Source of the DNA: Acholeplasmatales bacterium
GTDB taxonomy: Bacteria > Bacillota_I > Bacilli_A > Izemoplasmatales > Hujiaoplasmataceae
Assembly (NCBI GenBank): GCA_003477305.1
Contig: DMTN01000039.1
Span: 19,160-83,159, forward strand
Length of the DNA: 64,000 bases
Reading direction: 5' to 3'
Below are positions 38,733 through 45,747 of the stretch, piece after piece. Every line of letters starts with the position of its first letter. The stretch's first letter is position 1. The translations under genes were made by a program, and so were the position numbers. Below the pieces are notes generated by a model, which worked only from the letters and a program-made list of their open reading frames with translations, was not told the DNA's origin and did no database searches.

Positions 38733-39275
38733 TTAGAGCGAAATGAGGGCGTTCGGGTAAGCGAATTCGGGTTCCGGGTCATCGGCGAGTTGAATGACTT
38801 TGATGGGATAGGCGAATTCCGGTTCCGGGTCATCGGCGAGTTGAATGACTTTGGTGGGATAAGCGAATTCCGGTTCCGGGTCATCGGCGAGTTGAATGAC
38901 TTTTCCGGGATAGGCGAATTCCGGTTCCGGATCATCGGCGAGCTTGACGGCTTTTCCGGGATAGGCGAACTCGGGCTCTGCATCGCTAGTCTTACGGAAG
39001 GCTTTTCCGGGATAAGCGAATTCGGGTTCCGGATCATCCGACTGAGTGAAAGCTTTTCCGGGATAGGCGAACTCGGGTTCCGGGTCATCGGCGAGCTGAA
39101 TGGCCTTGGTCGGATAGGCGAACTCGGGTTCCGGGTCATCGGCGAGCTGGATGACTTTGACGGGGTAGGCGAACTCGGGTTCCGGATCGTCGGCGGCGTT
39201 GACCGTGGCGAACGTGACGAACAGGAAGGAAGCGAACAGGATGGCGATCAGGGACTTGAGAATGAGCTTTTTCAT
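38733..39275 (-). CDS. secreted tandem-repeat polypeptide (candidate multi-copy signalling pro-peptide)
   Basis: 180 aa. Signal peptide MKKLILKSLIAILFASFLFVTFATVNA, then 9 units of ~17 aa, each containing EPEFAYP. RBS AAAGGAGA 6 nt upstream. The other two open frames here are repeat artefacts. Confidence 0.75.
   Translation of the reverse strand: MKKLILKSLIAILFASFLFVTFATVNAADDPEPEFAYPVKVIQLADDPEPEFAYPTKAIQLADDPEPEFAYPGKAFTQSDDPEPEFAYPGKAFRKTSDAEPEFAYPGKAVKLADDPEPEFAYPGKVIQLADDPEPEFAYPTKVIQLADDPEPEFAYPIKVIQLADDPEPEFAYPNALISL
38736..39194 (-). repeat. nine tandem ~51-bp coding repeats (units of 45-54 bp)
   Basis: Repeated DNA core GGATAGGCGAA[TC]TC[CG]GGTTCCGG[GA]TCATCGGCGAG on the plus strand. 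Units encode (A)DDPEPEFAYPxK(V/A)(I/F)QL. Confidence 0.95.
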
Positions 39276-39359
39276 GGGAATCTCCTTTTGACGGCTGGTA
39301 TGGTACTACGGTGACGATTTGACTTTTTGAGATTTCGTGCGACCTCATGTGCCAACATC

Positions 39360-39388
39360 ACTATATCACAGCGTCAAAAGAATGTAAA
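39360..39388 (-). promoter_or_regulatory. sigmaA-type promoter of the repeat-peptide gene
   Basis: Minus strand reads TTTACA (39388-39383), a 17-nt spacer, then TATAGT (39365-39360). The leader to the ATG at 39275 is about 78 nt. Confidence 0.5.
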
Positions 39389-39402
39389 TATTCCCCTTTG
39401 TG

Positions 39403-39418
39403 AATACTAAGTACTATT
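39403..39418. promoter_or_regulatory. imperfect 16-bp palindrome upstream of the -35 (candidate regulator box)
   Basis: AATACTAAGTACTATT has 6 of 8 symmetric pairs. It is centred about 57 nt upstream of the predicted transcription start. Confidence 0.3.
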
Positions 39419-39591
39419 ATTATAGCATAATGCAAAATATCAAGCACTAAAATATTCGTTTTTTAGAACCTTTTGCGATTTTTCGGTTTTTTGACGAGCG
39501 GATTTCCGTCATACGAGTGGATAAAAATATTTTTTTCTTTATAGAAAACGATCGAATATTCATCATTTCGGACCTTTTCTGGCCGATCGGC

Positions 39592-39624
39592 AATAAAAAA
39601 GACGGTCTGATTGCTCAAACCGTC
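39592..39624 (-). terminator. rho-independent terminator overlapping the end of the PQ-loop gene
   Basis: GACGGT (39601-39606) pairs with ACCGTC (39619-39624), followed on the minus strand by TTTTTTATT. Confidence 0.6.
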
Positions 39625-39899
39625 GTTGTTTCGCGATGAAGGTCCAACCGGATATTCCGGAAAAGCAGAAGGCAATAGACCCCCACGATGGCGAAGTTGA
39701 AGAAGTAGAAGGCGAGGACATAGGTGATCTGCCCGTTCACGAATTTGTTCACGATCCCCATCGCATAACCGAACAGGATCAACAGCACGGCCGGCAGACT
39801 CGCTCCTTTGGCGGTGCGGGCTTTGTACGCCTTGAAGACGGCGACCGGCCAGGACGCACCGAAGCAGAGCAACATCAGAACTTCGAAGATTTGCGGCAT
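39615..39899 (-). CDS. small 3-TM membrane protein, PQ-loop / SemiSWEET-like
   Basis: 94 aa with three hydrophobic helices. WPVAVFKAYKARTAKGASL resembles the PQ-loop motif (PQ..K...K..S..G.S). Confidence 0.5.
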   Translation of the reverse strand: MPQIFEVLMLLCFGASWPVAVFKAYKARTAKGASLPAVLLILFGYAMGIVNKFVNGQITYVLAFYFFNFAIVGVYCLLLFRNIRLDLHRETTTV

Positions 39900-39913
39900 G
39901 ATCGGCGGAAGCC

Positions 39914-41161
39914 TTACTTCTTCTTCGTTTCCGCGTTGACGATCTTGAACAGTTCCTCGGCCGCGAAGTGAAGCTTGGTCACGACGTTTTTCTGATGACG
40001 CGGGTAGAGATAATAGGTGTCGTCGAGCGTCGACAGCGAGATACAGTCTGCGCCCTTGCCGAGATAGTCGTATTCGATGTGGATCGAATAATTGGCGAGC
40101 GGTTCCTTCTCGAGCGAAAATTCTACTCCGTCGAACACGCCCTTGACATGGAACCCGGTCCGGTCATGCACGAGATTGGCGTTGCCGAGCCGGATGAACC
40201 CTTTCGACCCCGGCAGCGAGTCGACGATGACGTCGTCTTCGAATCGGTAGTTGCCGGACTCGATCTCGCGTTTGACGTTCCCGCGCTCCCATTCGTACCA
40301 GTCCGGGACGCTCGTGAATTTGCCGTCACCGTTCTCGCCGTGCAGGACCCCGTGGGTGTCCATGTCGTATGCCTTGCCACAATGGCCGCACCAGAGACGG
40401 CTGCCGTCGGATTCCATCTCGTGCTCGGTGAGGCAGTGCGGGCACTGGTAGAGCACGCGGTGCAGACCCTTGGCCCGATCCTTGAACGTCATTTCCTGTT
40501 TCGATTCGAGCAGGTAGCGGTATTCGTCGTACACAAACGCCTTGGCGATGCGGGCGTTGATTTCCGCGACGGATATCGTCTTAATTTCGTCGGCGGTGAC
40601 GATCTGCGTCATGTCGGCCGCCAGTCGGATCTTCCGCTGCGTCAGATTCCAGACCGGCGAAGACAGATGGTCTCCGTGCATGTTGAGGACGGCGACCGGG
40701 ACTTTCATGACCTTGCACAACTTGCCGAGCGAGTCGGGTAAAATCGCCGTCGTCCCGCTGATCGAATAGCGCGCTTCCGGATAGATCGCGGCGATCGTCT
40801 TGTTGACTTTGAGCGAGTGTTCGATCTGCCGGACGAGGACGATGTCGTTCGTGAATTTCCGCTTGCAGATGCAACCGACATTGCGGAGGAGCTGCTCGCG
40901 GTTGATGAATCCGTCGATGGCCACGACATAGTTGGCGGTATGCGGAAAAATCGCGGCGGTCGTGACCGAGAAATCGATGAAGGCGGCGTGCGTACAAAGC
41001 AAAATGTACGGCGGTTTGAGCCCTTTCATATTGACCTTGTTGACTTTCAGGTGGTGTTTCCAAACGTTCGGGAAAGCCATGACCCAGGATAAAAGCGTCA
41101 GATACCACGCCTGTTTTTTCGGTTTTGCCAACATGTCGTAATGGACGATGCTCTTCTGCAT
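39914..41161 (-). CDS. lysophospholipid / 1-acyl-sn-glycerol-3-phosphate acyltransferase family protein with a C-terminal zinc-ribbon domain
   Basis: 415 aa. Acyltransferase HX4D motif (CTHAAFIDF), plus CPHC...CGHC in the C-terminal half. Confidence 0.75.
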   Translation of the reverse strand: MQKSIVHYDMLAKPKKQAWYLTLLSWVMAFPNVWKHHLKVNKVNMKGLKPPYILLCTHAAFIDFSVTTAAIFPHTANYVVAIDGFINREQLLRNVGCICKRKFTNDIVLVRQIEHSLKVNKTIAAIYPEARYSISGTTAILPDSLGKLCKVMKVPVAVLNMHGDHLSSPVWNLTQRKIRLAADMTQIVTADEIKTISVAEINARIAKAFVYDEYRYLLESKQEMTFKDRAKGLHRVLYQCPHCLTEHEMESDGSRLWCGHCGKAYDMDTHGVLHGENGDGKFTSVPDWYEWERGNVKREIESGNYRFEDDVIVDSLPGSKGFIRLGNANLVHDRTGFHVKGVFDGVEFSLEKEPLANYSIHIEYDYLGKGADCISLSTLDDTYYLYPRHQKNVVTKLHFAAEELFKIVNAETKKK

Positions 41162-41179
41162 TGCGTTGTCCCCCTTAGG

Positions 41180-41216
41180 AAAAAAACACAGCGATCAGTT
41201 CGACTTCATCGCTGTG
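41180..41216 (-). terminator. rho-independent terminator after the GGDEF gene
   Basis: CACAGCGAT (41187-41195) pairs with ATCGCTGTG (41208-41216), followed on the minus strand by T7. Confidence 0.6.
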
Positions 41217-41221
41217 GAATC

Positions 41222-41250
41222 ATAGTATCATGCGAATCGTGAATCGTCAA
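41222..41250 (-). promoter_or_regulatory. candidate promoter of the acyltransferase gene
   Basis: Minus strand reads TTGACG (41250-41245), a 17-nt spacer, then TACTAT (41227-41222). The predicted start falls inside the first arm of the terminator hairpin. Confidence 0.4.
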
Positions 41251-41275
41251 CCGCCCCGAACAACAGCGTTCGCAC

Positions 41276-42814
41276 TCAGAGCACGGTCGTGACGACGTTT
41301 TTATTCGAGCGTTTGGAGATGTAAAGGGCTTCGTCGGCGCCTTTGATCGTTTCCTTCAGCGAACCGCTGCCGACACGGGCGCCCTTGACGCCGACCGAGA
41401 CGGTGATGCGGATGCTGAGATTGCCGATTTCGAAGCTTGCTTGCTCCACGTTGACGCGGATGCGTTCGGCGACGACGCGGGCCTCTTCCGGCCTGGCGTC
41501 GCGGACGAAGACGACGAATTCTTCGCCGCCGTACCGGGCGAGCGTGGCATTCTCATCGAGCGCTGATTGGATGATGCTTGCCAAGTCTTCGAGGACCACG
41601 TCGCCGACCGGATGACCGTAGGTATCATTGACTTTCTTGAAGTCGTCGATGTCGATCATCATCACCGAATAATCGCCCTGCCCATGGGTCGGATCGTCGA
41701 GATAGGCGGTCGTTGCCGCAAAGAATGCGCGTCGGTTGAATACGGCGGTCAAGGAGTCGTGCGAGGCCTCATAATCCAGTTTCTCGATGCGTTCGAGATA
41801 ACTCGTCATATCGTTGAAGCGAATGATGTATCCGCTCAGCGTCCCGTGTTTCGTACTGAGCGGGAAGGTTTCAGCGATGTAACGCTTGTCATGATGCTCG
41901 AACGGAACCGTCTCCTTGCCTTTGACGGACTCGACGAACTCCTCGGGAAGAAACGACGCGGACAAAGGCATCCCGAAATGCACGACGTCTTTGCCGAAAT
42001 CGTCAAACGCGGCGTTCCAGGAAATGACATCGTAATGCTCATCAAGCACCAGAATCGGGTCAAGCGCCTTCTCAAATGTCGCCTGATGGGCGGACGGCGT
42101 CAAAATGAAGAGATCGTAGCGGAACATGAAATACAGGATGACGAAGCTGATGGCGGAGATCGCATAAAGCACATAGTCCAACCCAGAGGTCACGGTGGAG
42201 AAGAGGGTCACCGAAATAAACAAAGAAGCGGCGAATCCAAACGTACCGAGGATCCAGGATTGGCGGCGTTTGATGCCGGTTGATTTGAGTGCGATTTTCA
42301 TGTAAAGGGCGCCGACGAGGGCGAGCACGAGCAGATTGTGGACCGCTTGCACATAGTACATCCAGCCCTTGCCGAGAACAAGAACGTCGATTCCCAGCGT
42401 CGCAGCGGAACCCGGCATGATTTCGGCGAACGTATAGTACCAGTCAAACGGCGTATAGTAGCTGAATTGAACTGAAATCATCACGATCGAGGGAATGAAC
42501 ACCGCGAGTGTGGTCTGCCACCATTTTGGTTTCCGATCACGCCAGCCGAACTTCACCGCGAGCAAAAACCAGAACGGTGCCATGAAAGGGATCGCAATAT
42601 ACTGGATGTGATTGAAAAGAATCTTGACGTCGATCGATGTCGCGGCCAGTTCCAGCGCATAGGCGGTCGCATAGATCCCCAAGAGGAAAAACATCACGGC
42701 GAGTTGCCAGAATCCATGGGCTCGCCGAAGATTCGTCACGATGGCGACGGCGATGCCGATCGAGATGATGCCGATGGCGAAGGTGACGCCGATGAGAATG
42801 ATGTCGAATTGCAT
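41276..42814 (-). CDS. diguanylate cyclase (membrane 7TM sensor - PAS-like - GGDEF)
   Basis: 512 aa. About 7 N-terminal TM helices. C-terminal GGDEF domain with RYGGEEFVVF and an RxxD-like I-site context. Confidence 0.85.
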   Translation of the reverse strand: MQFDIILIGVTFAIGIISIGIAVAIVTNLRRAHGFWQLAVMFFLLGIYATAYALELAATSIDVKILFNHIQYIAIPFMAPFWFLLAVKFGWRDRKPKWWQTTLAVFIPSIVMISVQFSYYTPFDWYYTFAEIMPGSAATLGIDVLVLGKGWMYYVQAVHNLLVLALVGALYMKIALKSTGIKRRQSWILGTFGFAASLFISVTLFSTVTSGLDYVLYAISAISFVILYFMFRYDLFILTPSAHQATFEKALDPILVLDEHYDVISWNAAFDDFGKDVVHFGMPLSASFLPEEFVESVKGKETVPFEHHDKRYIAETFPLSTKHGTLSGYIIRFNDMTSYLERIEKLDYEASHDSLTAVFNRRAFFAATTAYLDDPTHGQGDYSVMMIDIDDFKKVNDTYGHPVGDVVLEDLASIIQSALDENATLARYGGEEFVVFVRDARPEEARVVAERIRVNVEQASFEIGNLSIRITVSVGVKGARVGSGSLKETIKGADEALYISKRSNKNVVTTVL

Positions 42815-42837
42815 GGCTTTCGCCTCCCTAGTACAAA

Positions 42838-42846
42838 ATTATATCA
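42838..42846 (-). promoter_or_regulatory. extended -10 element of the GGDEF gene
   Basis: Minus strand reads TGATATAAT. RBS GGGAGG lies before the ATG at 42814. Confidence 0.45.
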
Positions 42847-42896
42847 CACCGCCTGTGGATTACTTGTGTATTTTTATACACACGGTCGCTTTGTTC

Positions 42897-42940
42897 GAAA
42901 AAAAACCATCGAGTCGGCCGTCAGACGGCTTTCTCGATGG
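42897..42940 (-). terminator. rho-independent terminator overlapping the ABC-F stop codon
   Basis: CCATCGAG (42906-42913) pairs with CTCGATGG (42933-42940), with an inner GCCGTC/GACGGC helix. T8 on the minus strand. Confidence 0.6.
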
Positions 42941-44504
42941 AATCCAGATAGTCTTCGTAGTTGCAAGGCTTGTCGAAGGTGACCGTCCGATCGATCGCGA
43001 TGATGCGGTTGGCGACGGTGTCGATCAGTTCCTGGTCGTGGCTGGTGAACAGCATGACGCCGCGGAACCGATTCATGCCCTGATTGAGCGCGGTGATCGA
43101 CTCGAGGTCGAGATGATTGGTCGGATCGTCGAACACAAGTGCGTTCGCACCCGAGAGCATAAGCTTGATGAGCATCATGCGGACCTTTTCGCCACCGGAG
43201 AGGACCTTGCACGACTTGAGGCTTTCATCGCCGCCGAAGAGCATCCTGCCGAGCCAGCCGCGGATGAAGGTTTCCGCCTGCTCGGCGCCGGTGTACTGAC
43301 GCACCCAGTCGATCAGATTCATCTCCCGGTTGAAGTACTTCTGGTTGTCCTGAGGGAAGAAGGCGGTCGTGATCGTGATGCCCCACTTGAACGTTCCGGT
43401 ATAATCCTCATCTTCCCCTTCAAGGATTTTGAAGAGTGCCGAGATGATGGTCGTGTCCGATGAGATAAAGGCGATCTTCTCATCTTTCCTGACCGCGAAG
43501 GAGACATTCTCGAAGAGTCCTTTCTTGGTCAGATTCTCGACAAACAGGATTTCGTTACCGACGTCCCGGTTGGGCTGGAACTCGATGAACGGGTAGCGCC
43601 GCATCGACGGCTTGATGTCGTTCAAGACGATCTTGTCGAGCGCTTTTTTCCTGGATGTGGCCTGCTTGGCTTTCGATTTGTTGGCGCTGAACCGGCGGAT
43701 GAAATCTTCCAGTTCCTTGATCTTCGTTTCCGATTTCTTGTTCTGATCCTTCGCCTGGCGCAATGCCAGCTGGCTTGATTCGTACCAGAAGTCGTAGTTG
43801 CCGGGATACATCGTGATGCGCCCGTACTCGACGTCGCAGATGCGGGTACAGACATCATTCAGGAAGTGCCGGTCGTGGCTGACGACGAGGACGCAGTTCT
43901 CATAGTTCATCAGGAAGTTTTCCAACCAGCGAACCGAAATCGGATCGAGGTTGTTCGTCGGCTCGTCGAGCAGCAACACTTCGGGATTGCCGAAAAGCGC
44001 TTGGGCGAGCAGAACCTTGACCTTCCGCTTCGCGTCATAGGTCTTCATCGGCTTTTGATAGTCGTCCGCGTGGATCCCCAGGCCGTCAAGCAGAATTTCG
44101 GCGTTGCTCTCGGCGTTCCATCCGTCCAATTCGGCGAATTCACCCTCCAGTTCGGCGAGCCGCATGCCGATCGCTTCGGTGAAATCGACGGATTCATACA
44201 GTCGGTTTTTTTCGGTGATGACATCGACGAGCCGCTTGTGTCCCATCAGAACCGTCTCGAGGACGGTGTGGCGGTCGAACGCATGCTGGTTCTGCGCGAG
44301 AATCGACAGACGGCAGTTCGGCTGAAGCCATACTTCTCCGGAGGTCGTTTCGATTTCCTTCGTCAAAAGTTTCAAAAACGTCGTCTTGCCGGCGCCGTTT
44401 GCGCCGATGACGCCGTAACAGTTGCCCTTGGTGAATTCCAGATTGACTTCGGAGAACAGTTTTCTCCCGCCGAACATCAATTCGACATTACTTACTTTCA
44501 GCAT
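42921..44504 (-). CDS. ABC-F family ATPase (YbiT/YkpA-like), no TMD
   Basis: 527 aa with two NBDs joined by a K-rich linker. NBD1 has Walker A GANGAGKTT and Walker B LLLDEPTNNLD. NBD2 has signature LSGGEKVR. Confidence 0.9.
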   Translation of the reverse strand: MLKVSNVELMFGGRKLFSEVNLEFTKGNCYGVIGANGAGKTTFLKLLTKEIETTSGEVWLQPNCRLSILAQNQHAFDRHTVLETVLMGHKRLVDVITEKNRLYESVDFTEAIGMRLAELEGEFAELDGWNAESNAEILLDGLGIHADDYQKPMKTYDAKRKVKVLLAQALFGNPEVLLLDEPTNNLDPISVRWLENFLMNYENCVLVVSHDRHFLNDVCTRICDVEYGRITMYPGNYDFWYESSQLALRQAKDQNKKSETKIKELEDFIRRFSANKSKAKQATSRKKALDKIVLNDIKPSMRRYPFIEFQPNRDVGNEILFVENLTKKGLFENVSFAVRKDEKIAFISSDTTIISALFKILEGEDEDYTGTFKWGITITTAFFPQDNQKYFNREMNLIDWVRQYTGAEQAETFIRGWLGRMLFGGDESLKSCKVLSGGEKVRMMLIKLMLSGANALVFDDPTNHLDLESITALNQGMNRFRGVMLFTSHDQELIDTVANRIIAIDRTVTFDKPCNYEDYLDSIEKAV

Positions 44505-45684
44505 AAGTTTGTTGGTTCTCCTCTCCGGCCACAGAAGTTCTGATGCGCGGGGTGAAAATGATGAAGACGAGCAGCCCCGTGAAAATCAGGATCATATTGA
44601 CCAAATATAAATTCGGATACCCGTACTTCTCCACGAACATGCCGGAGACGAAATTGCCGACGCCGGTATAGATCGAGAAAAGCAAGGTGACGATGAGGAT
44701 CGCCGGCGTCACGTTTTCGACGCGGACGATCTTGATGAGAAACTTGATATGGGCAACCAGAATGATTCCCCATGCGGCGCCGCGCAGCAGCGTCACGGCG
44801 TAGATGACGGGGAGTGATGGCTCCAGCGTGTAGATCAGAAACCGGAAGACGAACATCCCGCCGGCGACGATGAACAAAAGTTTGTCAGACGCTTGCGTGG
44901 CTTTCGTCATTATCAGTCGCATCACCACGACTTCCACCGTGACGAACGCGGCGTATAACCAGCCGTAGTCGATCGACGTGATCGCGAATTTGTCGGTAAG
45001 ATAGATCCCGAAGAACGAATCGCCGATGCGGACCGAGCCGATCACCAGCGTATAGAATACCAGGTACTTGTAGAACTCGACATTCCGCAACAGTTCCTTG
45101 ATATCCCGTTTCGGCTTGACCGTGTTGCTGGACGGCTTCTCAAGCGGCTTGATCCAGATCGCGATGAACGCGGTCAGCGCGAACAGGATGCCGGCGCAGA
45201 GAAACAGCACGTCATATCCGACATAGACGCCGAGATAGCCGCCGATCAGGGTCGCAACGACGTAGGAGATCGATGCCCAGATGCGGATGCCCGAGTATTC
45301 GAGTTTGTTGTGATTGGCGAAGGTCGCGGTGAATCCGTCTTGGATCGAGATATACGGCGAACAGAGAACGGCGATAAGCCCGATGATGATCGCATAGGCC
45401 TCCAGCGTGCTGACCTGCGTGATCGAGAAGATGAGGATGCCTTCGACGACGGTCATGATTTGCAGGATGATGCGGCTGACCTTCATATCCTTGACGAAGT
45501 AGGTCCAGATCGGGTTGACGACGATGGTCAGGATCGGCGTGATCGCAAGCAGGAGCCCGAGTTCGGAATCCGAATTCGATCCGAGTTTGGACAAGAAATA
45601 AAGAGACGAGAACGGATAAAAGAAAGCGTCGGCGAAATAGCGGATGAAATAGAAGAATTTGAATTTGTTGTTTTCTCTTTCCAC
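44488..45684 (-). CDS. MFS transporter
   Basis: 12-TM-like hydrophobic protein. Start moved to the GTG at 45684 (VERENNKFKFFYFIRYF), downstream of a promoter at 45719-45747. The 84 upstream ORF codons are basic, non-membrane and AT-rich. Confidence 0.7.
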   Translation of the reverse strand: MERENNKFKFFYFIRYFADAFFYPFSSLYFLSKLGSNSDSELGLLLAITPILTIVVNPIWTYFVKDMKVSRIILQIMTVVEGILIFSITQVSTLEAYAIIIGLIAVLCSPYISIQDGFTATFANHNKLEYSGIRIWASISYVVATLIGGYLGVYVGYDVLFLCAGILFALTAFIAIWIKPLEKPSSNTVKPKRDIKELLRNVEFYKYLVFYTLVIGSVRIGDSFFGIYLTDKFAITSIDYGWLYAAFVTVEVVVMRLIMTKATQASDKLLFIVAGGMFVFRFLIYTLEPSLPVIYAVTLLRGAAWGIILVAHIKFLIKIVRVENVTPAILIVTLLFSIYTGVGNFVSGMFVEKYGYPNLYLVNMILIFTGLLVFIIFTPRIRTSVAGEENQQTYAESK

Positions 45685-45718
45685 GCGCGTCACCCCCGCA
45701 CTTCTCAAACGACATATA

Positions 45719-45747
45719 ATTATACATTTATTGAGGTTGAAAAGCAA
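45719..45747 (-). promoter_or_regulatory. sigmaA-type promoter of the MFS gene
   Basis: Minus strand reads TTGCTT (45747-45742), a 17-nt spacer, then TATAAT (45724-45719). Confidence 0.5.

Noticed and set aside
38637-39314. A 225-aa plus-strand ORF and a second minus-strand ORF (38654-39139) covering the same tandem repeats.
   Set aside because: The 51-bp periodic repeat removes stop codons from several frames. Only the 38733-39275 minus frame has an RBS, a signal peptide and a peptide-level conserved core. The others translate to low-complexity G/E/F/R or S/P/N/R strings.
39447-39566. A 39-aa very basic ORF (MMNIRSFSIKKKIFLSTRMTEIRSSKNRKIAKGSKKRIF) on the minus strand, in the AT-rich spacer upstream of the peptide cassette.
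   Set aside because: It has only a weak AAAGG Shine-Dalgarno sequence, lies in AT-rich DNA where such ORFs arise by chance, and has no recognisable family. It is worth checking only if ribosome profiling or conservation supports it.
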